A DNA stretch of 64,000 nt, from positions 131,910-195,909 of the forward strand of contig NIVC01002176.1 in the NCBI GenBank assembly GCA_002269645.1, given 5' to 3'. The notes below the pieces were generated by a model that ran no database searches, was not told the DNA's origin, and saw nothing but the letters and a program-made list of their open reading frames with translations. Shown one piece after another: positions 29,570 through 42,653 of the stretch; the first letter of the stretch is position 1, and each line of letters begins with the position of its first letter. Origin of the DNA: Macrostomum lignano. Lineage: Eukaryota. A program made the position numbers and the translations under genes.

Positions 29570-32500
29570 ATGTCCGCTTTTCTTGTCGCCGTTGCTGCGT
29601 GTCTAATCGGCGGGACTCCGTTTTTGACTGGGGCTGGAGCAGAAGCCGGTAAGTTCTATTGTACATTATAATTGACAGTTCAATATTTTTATCATTTTTA
29701 CGCATATACTGAAGTATTAGCAATTCATGCCGTTTATTTTTTCTGAGCTCACTGCACGTATCCGATATGCTGTAGCGACACCTAAAAGCTCCATCAACCC
29801 TGGGCCAGAAGAAAGTTCATTTCTACGTTTCAGTGTTTTCTACCGACGAGATTTTGCAAACAACGACGGCTCCGATGACGTCACAGCCTGGACGCAGCGC
29901 TGTAGACTGCGCCTTTAAATGCGAGTTCTCGCCCGAAAGAGACTGCTCCTCTGTCGCCTTTGTTCCTGAGACGAAGCTCTGCCTCCTTTCCGAGCTGCAG
30001 AATGCCGAATTCGCGGCTGTCGCTCCCACTGGTCTGGTCTATCGAAAGAAACTGGACAGTAAGTTAAAGTTTATTCGACCTTATTGGAACAAACGACTTA
30101 AAATTATCAATAGATTGAGGCACTAGTACCTGCGAGCTCGTTGGTAACAAGGCTTTTTATTAGAGAATCTTCGGTTCGTTATTTTTAGAGGGGCCAATCC
30201 ACATTGACGGCCGGACATTCCAAGTGATCCAGCACAGATCGAAGGGCGTGCTGAGCTTTGCTCGAGGCTGGACTCAGTATGAGGATGGCTTTGGAGACGA
30301 TACGGACTTCTGGATTGGTGAGTTTCACGTTATTTGATGTTGGCCGTGACCCTTAAAAGGGCCGTTTTAGTCCCAAAATAAGTTGAAGTCAACTTAGGCG
30401 AAGTGAATGGTGTAGCGGAGCACTTGGCAATAAGGGCAGGAAACTGCCGTAGTCGTTTTTATTATCAATATAAATAGTAAATTTGGTTGTTACTGGCAAA
30501 TAACAAACTATGGCTTTCTGGGCACTGGCGGCTGCAACAATGGTTTCTTTTTTGAAGATAAATTGGATGTGAGTTCAAGCGACAGACGAGTGATGTAATG
30601 GCGACGTAACGTGATGATCAATGGCAATGAGTACAGTGAAGGCAGTGAGACGTAGTAGGCAGGCAGATGAGCAGTGGCGAGGTTGGCGTCAGCCGTGGCG
30701 TGAGGTAAGGAGGCTCGAGGCAGCCAGACAGAGAGAAGGAAAACACACACAAGGCCAAGGACAGACGGGGAGAGAGAGCGAGGGAGAGAGAGGAGAGTGG
30801 AGTGCCCGCCGCCAGGCGGGGGGGTTTAATAAAGGAGCGCAGAGGGGGGTAGCGCGAAGCACGAGTGGTTTTCATTGGCTGGCGAGAGAACTTAAAATTA
30901 TCGATCGTGCCAATTTTATACGGTCGCGAGAGAGGATAGCAAAATATACAGTGAATTAGAAATTGCCACAAAATCGTTGGGCACTACTACAAGTAAACGT
31001 CGCAATAAACAAATGGAAAAGTTTAGTTGAAACGGTGAAACTGAAGGGTTGAAACTATAGAGAAACAGCAGTCCAACGGCCCTTTTCGGGACCACCTTAA
31101 ACTGACAACGTCACAGTGAGCACTGAGTCACTCAAAAAGATGAGGCCAAGCGTCTTGTAATTTCATTTTGATTTTTTAATATCAGATTTTACTAAATGTA
31201 AAAAATTGAAAACTCTCTTTTAGTCTTTTTAGTGTTCAAAAATCGAAAACTAAAAAATCTTTAACTTGATCCTGTCGGTTTGTAACAGATTGCTCCACGA
31301 AATGAGCTCAAAATCAATATACGAGTATGCACGGAAACTGTGATGCAATAAGGAACTTTAAAATTCAAAACAGTGTGCTCTATTTCGTCATATATGTTCT
31401 TAAAAAAATTAATATTGTAACGGAACTTTATGTCCGGCTCTCCTGTCTGTTTCTACGATCAAAGATGCTGGTGTCTTTCGTGCTGATTTTCTGAGCTGAG
31501 AGAGTGCGGAATAGTCAACGTAAATTACAATTTCGTGGCTGTCACTACCCTATCACTCACTGTCGCACCTTTCCTAGATTACCTCTGGAGACAGTGAAGC
31601 AGCGAAATGTTAAAATTCCTCGGAATCAATTTGAAATCTGTTTTTGAACAGCAGTGGTAGGGTGGCTTACAGTAGTCCACGAAGTACTAAATTATGTTTA
31701 CCTTCTCTTGTGTATCCGTCTAGTCTGAGGGAAAGTGGAATTTCCCGTAATTTCCCGAAGTAGCCTTTACTGTAGAAATCAGTTGTGATACCTTCAGTTG
31801 CAAGTGATACCTAATCGTCAATTATATGAGCAATTCATATCAAGAACAGTCAGCTCTGGTCTCAGAATGCCTCAGTATTTCTGTTAAAATGATGCAGAAG
31901 TATGTTCATGCTTGCGACATCATGATACGATGAGGAATGCAAAAATAGTCTCACAATGCACAAGGTCTAAAAACGACCTCATATTCATATTAATAGTGAA
32001 ACTTCCGCTAGATATCTTTTAAAGCATTTAGAGTTTCTGTTCCTTTTGAAATACTGAATCATTTTATTGTAACTGTAAGTAGTAAATTCGAATAGTTATT
32101 TAAAACAAGCTGCATGTAATAGCCAAGCAAACATATAGCTCGTATGGCCGATAACACTTAAAATTTTCAGGACTTCGCAAAATCCACGAGCTGACCGGAA
32201 GCTCGCCGAAGCTACTGCGAGTTAAAGCCGTCACCTGGTCGGATGAGCTGTACGTCTGCGAGTACTCCGGCTTCACGGTGGCCGATGCCAGCACGAACTA
32301 CACCATGACCTACACTTCGTATCTGAGCGGCAGCTCCAACACGACCAGCGACTCGCTTGCTGCCAACAAGGGGATGCAGTTCTCCACCATGGACCGCGAC
32401 AACGACAACTATGGATCTTCTTGTTCCAACCGACGTGGAAATTCCGGTTTGTGGTATAATGGCTGCTCTAGGTCTAATCCCAACGGAGTTTATCGCTACT

Positions 32501-32598
32501 CAGCAGGGACTGATGAAGAATTCATGCACTGGGCAGGTGCTACATCTGAGAATTTTATCGCGCTAAAAAGTGTTCGCCTGATGCTCCAGTGGCCCTAA
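29570..32598 (+). CDS. Secreted PAN-FReD protein B, 286 aa; exons 29570-29648, 29834-30058, 30189-30317, 32171-32598
   Basis: Exon sizes (79/225/129/428) and phases are the same as gene A, GT-AG sites are intact and the frame is continuous. Confidence 0.9.
30350..31090. mobile_element. Possible non-autonomous DNA element in intron 3 of gene B
   Basis: Perfect 12-bp inverted repeat AAAAGGGCCGTT (30355-30366) / AACGGCCCTTTT (31075-31086). The intron is 1.85 kb versus about 75-82 bp in the paralogues. No TSD was found. Confidence 0.35.
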
Positions 32599-33197
32599 CT
32601 TTTTCAATGTTCAGTTTTGATGAATAAGTTTTGATTGAGAAACAGACTATCAAATTTTCACATCCAGACAGTTTCTATAAAAAACGGAGAAAAACTGAGT
32701 TATATATACACAATAATCTTCTGATCCCCATAAACTTTGAGAGCAAAACTCCTTCGTTCTTCGTAGCTTTTAAAGTACTCAATGAATTTTGATTAATTTT
32801 GTGCGTTCAGCGCAAACAATGAATACAATTCTGACAAGCGGAATGAAAGCTTCATTGTGCCGCATATTTCATATAGCTTACCGCAATGCCTTTCTGCTTG
32901 CAGTTCCATATAGTCTCTCTGCCTCAAAATTTAATTATAACAATGGGTGCCATGGGACTACTAATATATGACAAATTGACATGCCAAATTATTGGAAATG
33001 CCTTAAGGATGGTATGGTTAGTCTTATTAAGAATATGGCTAAAAAGAAAAAATAAAAATATAGACATACTGTATTCATCTAATCTCAATACATGTAGTGT
33101 AACTCTGTCTCACTCGGAGATCAATATTTCAAGCTAATTCCCTCCGTTCTCTCTGCAAAATGTACAAATTTCTCTTATATGAGAGAAGCTAAGCCGA

Positions 33198-36100
33198 GCC
33201 TGTCTAACTGGTAAACCTGCCTGTCTAACTGGTAAACCAGCCTGTCTAACTGGTAAACCAGCCTGTCTAACTGGTAAACCTGCCTGTCTAACTGTAAACC
33301 TGACTGTCTAACTGGTAAACCAGCCTGTCTAACTGGTAAACCTGCCTGTCTAACTGGTAAACCTGCCTGTCTAACTGGTAAACCTGCCTGTCTAACTGGT
33401 AAACCTGCCTGTCTAACTGGTAAACCTGCCTGTCTAACTGGTAAACCTGCGTGTCTAACTGGTAAACCTGCCTGTCTAACTGTAAACCTGCGTGTCTAAC
33501 TGGTAAACCTGCCTGTCTAACTGGTAAACCTGCCTGTCTAACTGTAAACCAGCCTGTCTAACTGGTAAACCTGCCTGTCTAACTGGTAAACCTGCCTGTC
33601 TAACTGGTAAACCTGCCTGTCTAACTGGTAAACCTGCCTGTCTAACTGGTAAACCTTTCTGTCTAACTGGTAAACCTGCCTGTCTAACTGGTAAACCTGC
33701 CTGTCTAACTGGTAAACATGCCTGTCTAACTGGTAAACCTGCCTGTCTAACTGGTAAACCTGCCTGTCTAACTGGTAAACATGCCTGTCTAACTGGTAAA
33801 CCTGCCTGTCTAACTGGTAAACCAGCCTGTCTACCTGGTAAACCAGCCTGTCTAACTGGTAAACCTGCCTGTCTAACTGGTAAACCTGCCTGTCTAACTG
33901 GTAAACCAGCCTGTCTACCTGGTAAACCTGCCTGTCTAACTGGTAAACCTGCCTGTCTAACTGGTAAACCTGCCTGTCTAACTGGTAAACCTGCCTGTCT
34001 AACTGTAAACCAGCCTGTCTAACTGGTAAACCTGCCTGTCTAACTGGTAAACCTGCCTGTCTAACTGGTAAACCTGCCTGTCTAACTGGTAAACCTGCCT
34101 GTCTAACTGGTAAACCTGCCTGTCTAACTGTAAACCAGCCTGTCTAACTGGTAAACCTGCCTGTCTAACTGGTAAACCTGCCTGTCTAACTGGTAAACAT
34201 GCCTGTCTAACTGGTAAACCTGCCTGTCTAACTGGTAAACCAGCCTGTCTACCTGGTAAACCAGCCTGTCTAACTGGTAAACCTGCCTGTCTAACTGGTA
34301 AACCTGCCTGTCTAACTGGTAAACCAGCCTGTCTACCTGGTAAACCTGCCTGTCTAACTGGTAAACCTGCCTGTCTAACTGGTAAACCTGCCTGTCTAAC
34401 TGGTAAACCTGCCTGTCTAACTGTAAACCAGCCTGTCTAACTGGTAAACCTGCCTGTCTAACTGGTAAACCTGCCTGTCTAACTGGTAAACCTGCCTGTC
34501 TAACTGGTAAACCTGCCTGTCTAACTGGTAAACCAGCCTGTCTACCTGGTAAACCAGCCTGTCTAACTGGTAAACCTGCCTGTCTAACTGGTAAACCTGC
34601 CTGTCTAACTGGTAAACCAGCCTGTCTACCTGGTAAACCTGCCTGTCTAACTGGTAAACCTGCCTGTCTAACTGGTAAACCTGCCTGTCTAACTGGTAAA
34701 CCTGCCTGTCTAACTGTAAACCAGCCTGTCTAACTGGTAAACCTGCCTGTCTAACTGGTAAACCTGCCTGTCTAACTGGTAAACCTGCCTGTCTAACTGG
34801 TAAACCTGCCTGTCTAACTGGTAAACCTGCCTGTCTAACTGTAAACCAGCCTGTCTAACTGGTAAACCTGCCTGTCTAACTGGTAAACCTGCCTGTCTAA
34901 CTGGTAAACATGCCTGTCTAACTGGTAAACCTGCCTGTCTAACTGGTAAACCAGCCTGTCTACCTGGTAAACCAGCCTGTCTAACTGGTAAACCTGCCTG
35001 TCTAACTGGTAAACCTGCCTGTCTAACTGGTAAACCAGCCTGTCTACCTGGTAAACCTGCCTGTCTAACTGGTAAACCTGCCTGTCTAACTGGTAAACCT
35101 GCCTGTCTAACTGGTAAACCTGCCTGTCTAACTGGTAAACCAGCCTGTCTAACTGGTAAACCTGCCTGTCTAACTGGTAAACCTGCCTGTCTAACTGGTA
35201 AACCTGCCTGTCTAACTGGTAAACCTGCCTGTCTAACTGGTAAACCTGCCTGTCTAACTGTAAACCAGCCTGTCTAACTGGTAAACCTGCCTGTCTAACT
35301 GGTAAACCTGCCTGTCTAACTGGTAAACCAGCCTGTCTAACTGGTAAACCTGCCTGTCTAACTGGTAAACCTGCCTGTCTAACTGGTAAACCTGCCTGTC
35401 TAACTGGTAAACCTGCCTGTCTACCTGGTAAACCAGCCTGTCTAACTGGTAAACCTGCCTGTCTAACTGGTAAACCTGCCTGTCTAACTGGTAAACCTGC
35501 CTGTCTAACTGGTAAACCTGCCTGTCTAACTGGTAAACCTGCCTGTCTACCTGGTAAACCAGCCTGTCTAACTGGTAAACCTGCCTGTCTAACTGGTAAA
35601 CCTGCCTGTCTAACTGGTAAACCTGCCTGTCTAACTGGTAAACCTGCCTGTCTAACTGGTAAACCTGCCTGTCTAACTGGTAAACCTGCCTGTCTAACTG
35701 GTAAACCTGCCTGTCTACCTGGTAAACCTTTCTGTCTAACTGTAAACCAGCCTGTCTAACTGGTAAACCTGCCTGTCTAACTGGTAAACCTGCCTGTCTA
35801 ACTGGTAAACCTGCCTGTCTAACTGGTAAACCTGCCTGTCTACCTGGTAAACCTGCCTGTCTAACTGGTAAACCTGCCTGTCTAACTGGTAAACCTTTCT
35901 GTCTAACTGGTAAACCTGCCTGTCTAACTGGTAAACCTGCCTGTCTAACTGGTAAACCTGCCTGTCTAACTGGTAAACCTGCCTGTCTAACTGGTAAACC
36001 TTTCTGTCTAACTGGTAAACCTGCCTGTCTAACTGGTAAACCTGCCTGTCTAACTGGTAAACCTGCCTGTCTAACTGGTAAACCTGCCTGTCTAACTGGT

Positions 36101-37742
36101 AAACCTTTCTGTCTAACTGGTAAACCTGCCTGTCTAACTGGTAAACCTGCCTGTCTAACTGGTAAACCTGCCTGTCTAACTGGTAAACCTGCCTGTCTAA
36201 CTGGTAAACCTGCCTGTCTAACTGGTAAACCTGCCTGTCTAACTGGTAAACCAGCCTGTCTAACTGGTAAACCTGCCTGTCTAACTGGTAAACCTGCCTG
36301 TCTAACTGGTAAACCTGCCTGTCTAACTGGTAAACCTGCCTGTCTAACTGGTAAACCTGCCTGTCTAACTGTAAACCAGCCTGTCTAACTGGTAAACCTG
36401 CCTGTCTAACTGGTAAACCTGCCTGTCTAACTGTAAACCAGCCTGTCTAACTGGTAAACCAGCCTGTCTAACTGGTAAACCAGCCTGTCTAACTGGTAAA
36501 CCAGCCTGTCTAACTGGTAAACCAGCCTGTCTAACTGGTAAACCTGCCTGTCTACCTGGTAAACCTTTCTGTCTAACTGTAAACCAGCCTGTCTAACTGG
36601 TAAACCTGCCTGTCTAACTGGTAAACCTGCCTGTCTAACTGTAAACCAGCCTGTCTAACTGGTAAACCTTTCTGTCTAACTGTAAACCTGCCTGTCTAAC
36701 TGGTAAACCTGCCTGTCTAACTGGTAAACCTGCCTGTCTAACTGTAAACCAGCCTGTCTAACTGGTAAACCAGCCTGTCTAACTGGTAAACCAGCCTGTC
36801 TAACTGGTAAACCTGCCTGTCTAACTGGTAAACCTGCCTGTCTAACTGGTAAACCTGCCTGTCTAACTGGTAAACCTGCCTGTCTAACTGGTAAACCTGC
36901 CTGTCTAACTGTAAACCAGCCTGTCTAACTGGTAAACCTGCCTGTCTAACTGGTAAACCTGCCTGTCTAACTGTAAACCAGCCTGTCTAACTGGTAAACC
37001 TGCCTGTCTAACTGGTAAACCTGCCTGTCTAACTGTAAACCAGCCTGTCTAACTGGTAAACTAGCCTGTCTAACTGGTAAACCAGCCTGTCTAACTGGTA
37101 AACCTGCCTGTCTAACTGGTAAACCTGCCTGTCTAACTGGTAAACCTGCCTGTCTAACTGGTAAACCTGCCTGTCTAACTGGTAAACCTGCCTGTCTAAC
37201 TGGTAAACCTGCCTGTCTAACTGGTAAACCTGCCTGTCTAACTGGTAAACCTGCCTGTCTAACTGGTAAACCTGCCTGTCTAACTGGTAAACCTGCCTGT
37301 CTAACTGGTAAACCTGCCTGTCTAACTGGTAAACCTGCCTGTCTAACTGGTAAACCTGCCTGTCTAACTGGTAAACCTGCCTGTCTAACTGGTAAACCTG
37401 CCTGTCTAACTGGTAAACCTGCCTGTCTAACTGGTAAACCTGCCTGTCTAACTGGTAAACCTGCCTGTCTAACTGGTAAACCAGCCTGTCTAACTGGTAA
37501 ACCTGCCTGTCTAACTGGTAAACCTGCCTGTCTAACTGGTAAACCTACCTGTCTAACTGGTAAACATGCCTGTCTAACTGTAAACATGACTGTCTAACTG
37601 GTAAACCTGCCTGTCTAACTGGTAAACCTGCCTGTCTAACTGGTAAACCTGCCTGTCTAACTGGTAAATCTGCCTATCTAACTGGTAAACCTGCCTGTCT
37701 AACTGTAAACCAGCCTGTCTAACTGTAAACATGACTGTCTGT
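33198..37742. repeat. 4.5-kb satellite of 21-bp units (CTGTCTAACTGGTAAACCTGC), about 215 copies
   Basis: Direct periodicity. Confidence 0.97.
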
Positions 37743-38557
37743 CGCTAGTCCTCACTATTCAACTCGATAAGCCTCGGTCAGACAAGAGGCCACAGAAACG
37801 ATAGATTTTCCCTTAATTGGCTTATGTTCATTTTGAATAGATGTAGGGCAGAATTCCTATTTTTGAATGCAGCTTCGTCTTTGCTAATAAAGTAATTTTG
37901 CATGTAGGTGGCCTGCCTTAGAAACACATCGATTCAAGCGCCGCTTGTTGTGCTGCAGAAAAAAACAATTCACCAGTTCAAGTTCAAATTCAATTGAAAG
38001 ATCAGAATGCTTAAAGTTCAGATTTTACTTCAAAGGTTAACTGTTAAAATTAGGATACAACGTCACACATTTCTAATAAATACGTTTATATCGTTTGATT
38101 CAGTTCTTACAATTTTAGTAAGAACTGAATAATAATAGAGAATAATAGAGAATAATATTTTAAGGCTTAACCTAACACATTGTTAAAGTTCTTAGTGCTG
38201 AGGCAAATAAGCCCCATTGTCTAAAGATCTTGTCTAAAGCTAGAAATCAAGCAGCGTGCACCTTTCTAGAATTTTCTCCAGCTAAAAGCTGCTCGAATGC
38301 TTTTCGTGTGCACATGCTTAATTTGGCAACTTCTCGACAGTGCCGAGCTCCAGAAAGGGATGATGAGGCTTGAGAAAGTTTCTCAAATCTGGTGCTTGCG
38401 TTTGAAGGGGAAAAAGCGGGATGGGGCAGCAGGAGTGAAGCATCTGCGTATGCCGTCTTGTGAGTTATCTCCCGCCCACAAGGTAGCTACTACAATCAGA
38501 AGATCAAGTCGTTTGAGTCTGTAAAACATCTGGTTAATGGGCAAACTGAATCAAGCC

Positions 38558-38859
38558 CAGGCGCCTCGCCACCGGGGGGGGGATGGAACAGGGGAGACAT
38601 GCCCCCCCCCAGTAAATGCTATGGGGGGACTTGCCAATGCTTTGTCCCCCCCACCCCACCTTGTGACTTGTCAAAAATAAATAATTTTTCTTCAGGGCGT
38701 CAAAATATAGCGCCTTCGGCGCTAAAATGAGTGCCTGCGGCGCCAAAATGAGTGCTGACAACACGATTCTCAAAATAATGGAAATGTACGAATTTAGTCA
38801 TGTACATGTTGAATTCTTGGCTTCGTCACCCCACCATAAAAGCCATGGCGAGGTCCCTG
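38558..38859 (-). mobile_element. Non-autonomous hAT MITE, 302 bp
   Basis: Imperfect TIRs CAGGCGCCTCGCACCGG / CAGGGACCTCGCCATGG with a perfect 8-bp TSD ATCAAGCC (38550-38557 and 38860-38867). Confidence 0.85.
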
Positions 38860-39598
38860 ATCAAGCCGTTTCAAGTTTAAGAAAACATCTGCGTTCTGCT
38901 TTCTGTTTTCAATCAAAGACTTTTTCGAAGCCGTCTTAGTCCAATATTGATAATAAATAACAGAATTTTAGTATCCTAGCACTTGAGTCTCAAGACTCGA
39001 GATAGAATTTTTGTATCATGAAATTTTATATTTTTGGGTACTGCTGCATCGTCCACATTATTTTTGTCTTGTCGATCTGAAGGTCTCCTGCACTGATTTT
39101 TACTCTTTGGGGGCAGGTAGTCGATAATTTAAAGGACATACCCGACCATCAGTAGTTGCAATCCCCTTCATTACTTGTTACCGACAGGGCAGCACAGAGA
39201 CTTCTACAGATAAAAAACGCACATTTTAATTGATGCGAAAAATTACATTTCTATTCTTATGTTTCACTGCTAGATTTGCACAGTTAATGCAATGCTATAC
39301 ATTTACCTTAATCGATGCAAGATTTCAAGGAAACTGGCTTGCTAGAAAAATGTCTAGAAAGGTACCGGTATAACTGCAGTGACTTCCGCTGTGTTAAAAG
39401 CTTTAGTTTGAAAAAGTTGAGCGACAGACAAGAACAGGGAAGTAACCAAGTCTCGTTGGAGACATGCATTCTGTTTACTCAACCCAACTTCTCTCAGTCA
39501 ACATTACTCAGCAAACTCAAAACCTGCTTTTAAGGCTTTTGCAGTGCAGCAGGCCCAGCTGCTTATTTTAGAGTTAAAAAAGTCAGCAGCTGACTATC

Positions 39599-39606
39599 TA
39601 TATAAG
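39599..39606 (+). promoter_or_regulatory. Candidate TATA box of gene C
   Basis: TATATAAG about 70 bp upstream of the ATG at 39672. Confidence 0.35.
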
Positions 39607-39671
39607 ATCGACAGCGATAGGGACTGGCTGACGGAGCTGTCTGCCCCTCCATCAGGTGCAGAGCACTCAGC

Positions 39672-40867
39672 ATGCAATCAATCCTCATTGCCGTTGCTGT
39701 CGCTCTCTGCAGCGGCTCAACTGTTTGGACTCTGGACAGTGCAGCATCTGGTAAGTCAAGCTTTTTGAATGAGTGTGGAAGTACTTCAGTAGTTGTTAAG
39801 AAGGTTTAAATTCATGCGATTTGCAGTGTTTTCTCAAGAGGAAGTTGCGCACACCACACCTGCTCCGATTCACCACGAGCCTGGTCGAAGCGTCGCTGAC
39901 TGCGCTCTGAAATGCGAGCAGCCCATCGTGAAGTTCTGCTCCGCCTTCGCCTTCGTGCCAGAGAAGAAGGTCTGCCTGCTCTCCGAGATACCGACTGCCG
40001 ATTTTGCACCTGCCGCTCCTGGTGAACTGGTTTATCGAAAGCTTATGGCTAGTAAGTTTTAAATCGAGCCTGTGTTCACTAATAATAAAATGAATAGCTG
40101 TGAATTCTCAAAAATTGTGAAAAGAATAAGTCGCTCAACGGATAGCTAAAATCAATCGCTTTGATTAATAAATGAATTCATTAGTTCACGCACCGCTAGA
40201 CACACTTAAACATTGTTTGCTTTTTTGATATATCAGAACGAATCGTCCAGATCAACGGACTAGAATTCCAAGTGATTCAGCACAGGTCGAAGGGCGAGCT
40301 GAGCTTTGCTCGCAGCTGGACTGAGTATGAGAACGGCTTTGGAGACGATACGGACTTCTGGATTGGTGAGCAGGACACTTTAGCTTTACCAAACACCAAT
40401 CGAATCAATAAAGACTTAAGGATAATTTCATTTTTTTTATTTCAGGCCTTCGAAAAATCCATGAGCTGACCGGGAGCTCGCCGAAGCTTCTGCGAGTCGA
40501 GGCCGTCACCTGGTCGGATGAGCTGTATGTCTGCGAGTACTCCGGCTTCACAGTGGCTGATGCCAGCACGAACTACACCATGACTGGCATTTCGTACCTG
40601 AGCGGCAGCTCCAACACGACTGCCAATTCGTTCACTTTTAACAGGGGGATGCAGTTCTCCACCATGGACCGGGACAACGACCAATTTGTAAATCATTGTT
40701 CCAGCAGCTTTGGAAACTCCGGTTGGTGGTTCAAAAGCTGCTCGCATACCAACCCAAACGGTATCTATTATAGCACTGCTATTACTAAAACAAATACAAT
40801 GCACTGGGCTAGTGCTACATCCGGGAATGATGTTGCACTGAAGAGCATTCGATTGATGATCCATTAG
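39672..40867 (+). CDS. Secreted PAN-FReD protein C, 284 aa; exons 39672-39750, 39827-40051, 40237-40365, 40446-40867
   Basis: Exon sizes 79/225/129/422, GT-AG phase-1 introns, 855-nt frame, same domain motifs as A and B. Confidence 0.9.
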
Positions 40868-41570
40868 GTTTGATGATAATTAGCAGTCACCTGCCTACGT
40901 TGAGCTGGAGCCAACTATTTTAATAACATCAAACTGGTATCTCACGTGGCAGTTGAGCAATCCAACTCACTCAAGACTATAACCGTACGAGAAAATAAGT
41001 GTAAGTGAGCTTTAGTAGGAAACATTACCAAGGAGCTGTAATCCATTGATGCGAGCGTTGCGGTTTACGATCGTGTGAATCTTTTTTGACTCTTAATATT
41101 CAAGCTTAGGCAGTAACTCAGTACGTCAGTCTAATGAAAAATTACTGATAAAAATGCATTCGTTTTTTGTTCAGAAAAAGTTGTCAAGTTTCTTAAAAAA
41201 AACTGTGTATTCCTGTCTATTTCTGTGTATCTGTGAACAACTACACTTTGTATGACAAACGTTCCTTCTCGCTTTCTCACTTTCTCAAAAAATCACAACT
41301 GCGGTACTCAAAAAACCTTGGCCTCCATTGTGAAAAAATCTTAAAATGTAAGCTTTTCAAAAATTTTTTTGATTATTGACAAAATCATTTTCTAACCCGT
41401 GCGTTTCTAATTCATATTCATATTTTTGCAAACCGTCCAAGATTCCGAGTTACATAAACTGAAACTAAATTTTTCGTTATGTAAACTTTTCTTGCTCTTA
41501 GCCTAATGTATTCCACACTGTACCACTAATCCATCCTGGAAGTGTTTTGCTAGCAGATAATCTCAGTAAG

Positions 41571-42082
41571 TATTCCCCGCTGCCATAGACAGCACTCTCC
41601 ATATTCCCAGCTGCCATAGACAGCACTCTCCATATTCCCAGCTGCCATAGACAGCACTCTCCATATTCCCCGCTGCCATAGACGGCACTCCATATATTCT
41701 CCACGCTGCCATAGACAGCACTCTCCATATTCCCCGCTGCCATAGACAGCACTCTCCATATTCCCAGCTGCCATAGACAGCACTCTCCATATTCCCCGCT
41801 GCCATAGACAGCACTCTCCATATATTCTTCATGCTGCCATAGACAGCACTCTCCATATTCCCAGCTGCCATAGACAGCACTCTCCATATTCCCAGCTGCC
41901 ATAGACAGCACTCTCCATATTCCCAGCTGCCATAGACAGCACTCTCCATATTCCCAGCTGCCATAGACAGCACTCTCCATATTCCCCGCTCCCATAGACA
42001 GCGAGCGCTCTCCATGTATTCTCCCACTGCCATAGACAGCAATCTCCATATTCCCAGCTGCCACAGACAGCACTCCAGTCCT
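41571..42082. repeat. 31-bp tandem repeat (GCTGCCATAGACAGCACTCTCCATATTCCCA/C), about 16 copies
   Basis: Direct periodicity. Confidence 0.93.
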
Positions 42083-42653
42083 GGCTTGCATGGAATACAT
42101 TTTATTGATACTATTCCACTGAATCAAGAAGAGTGTCTGTGCAGAATATACGAGTCGAAAATAAAGGACATATATCCAAGGCAAGCTTAAATTTACTCAA
42201 CTCATTTTATCCCTTTTTATCTGTTTTAGCTGTTCTATCATCTCAACCTACTTGCCTATATTACGTTTTTATTACCATTCACTTTTCTTGAATGCAAAAC
42301 GTTCTATAAAAATAAACTAATAAAGTCTTTAAACTTGACCTATCAACGGCATAAGCAAAATGATCTACCATCAGAGCCAAAATCTGTTTGCTGTTTGATT
42401 ATTACTGTTGAGTTCCTGGCGATCAAAGACTACGAATATTTCGACTATTACGTTGCAATACAGAACCATAAATTCCGGGGTAAATATATTCAACAGCTTA
42501 ACCAACCCACCTCCAACTCACACTGTCACGCGGCAAAAAAGTTAAACAATGCATTTAATGCTAGTTCAGTATCGTGTGCAGGAACCACGAGTGACTCGTC
42601 GTTGGCTCGATGGGGTTTATTTCTAGAGAGACCTTGACTGTCATTGTGTGGCA

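Noticed and set aside
36967-37587. 206-aa LPVRQAG repeat ORF
   Set aside because: It is a translation of the 21-bp satellite.
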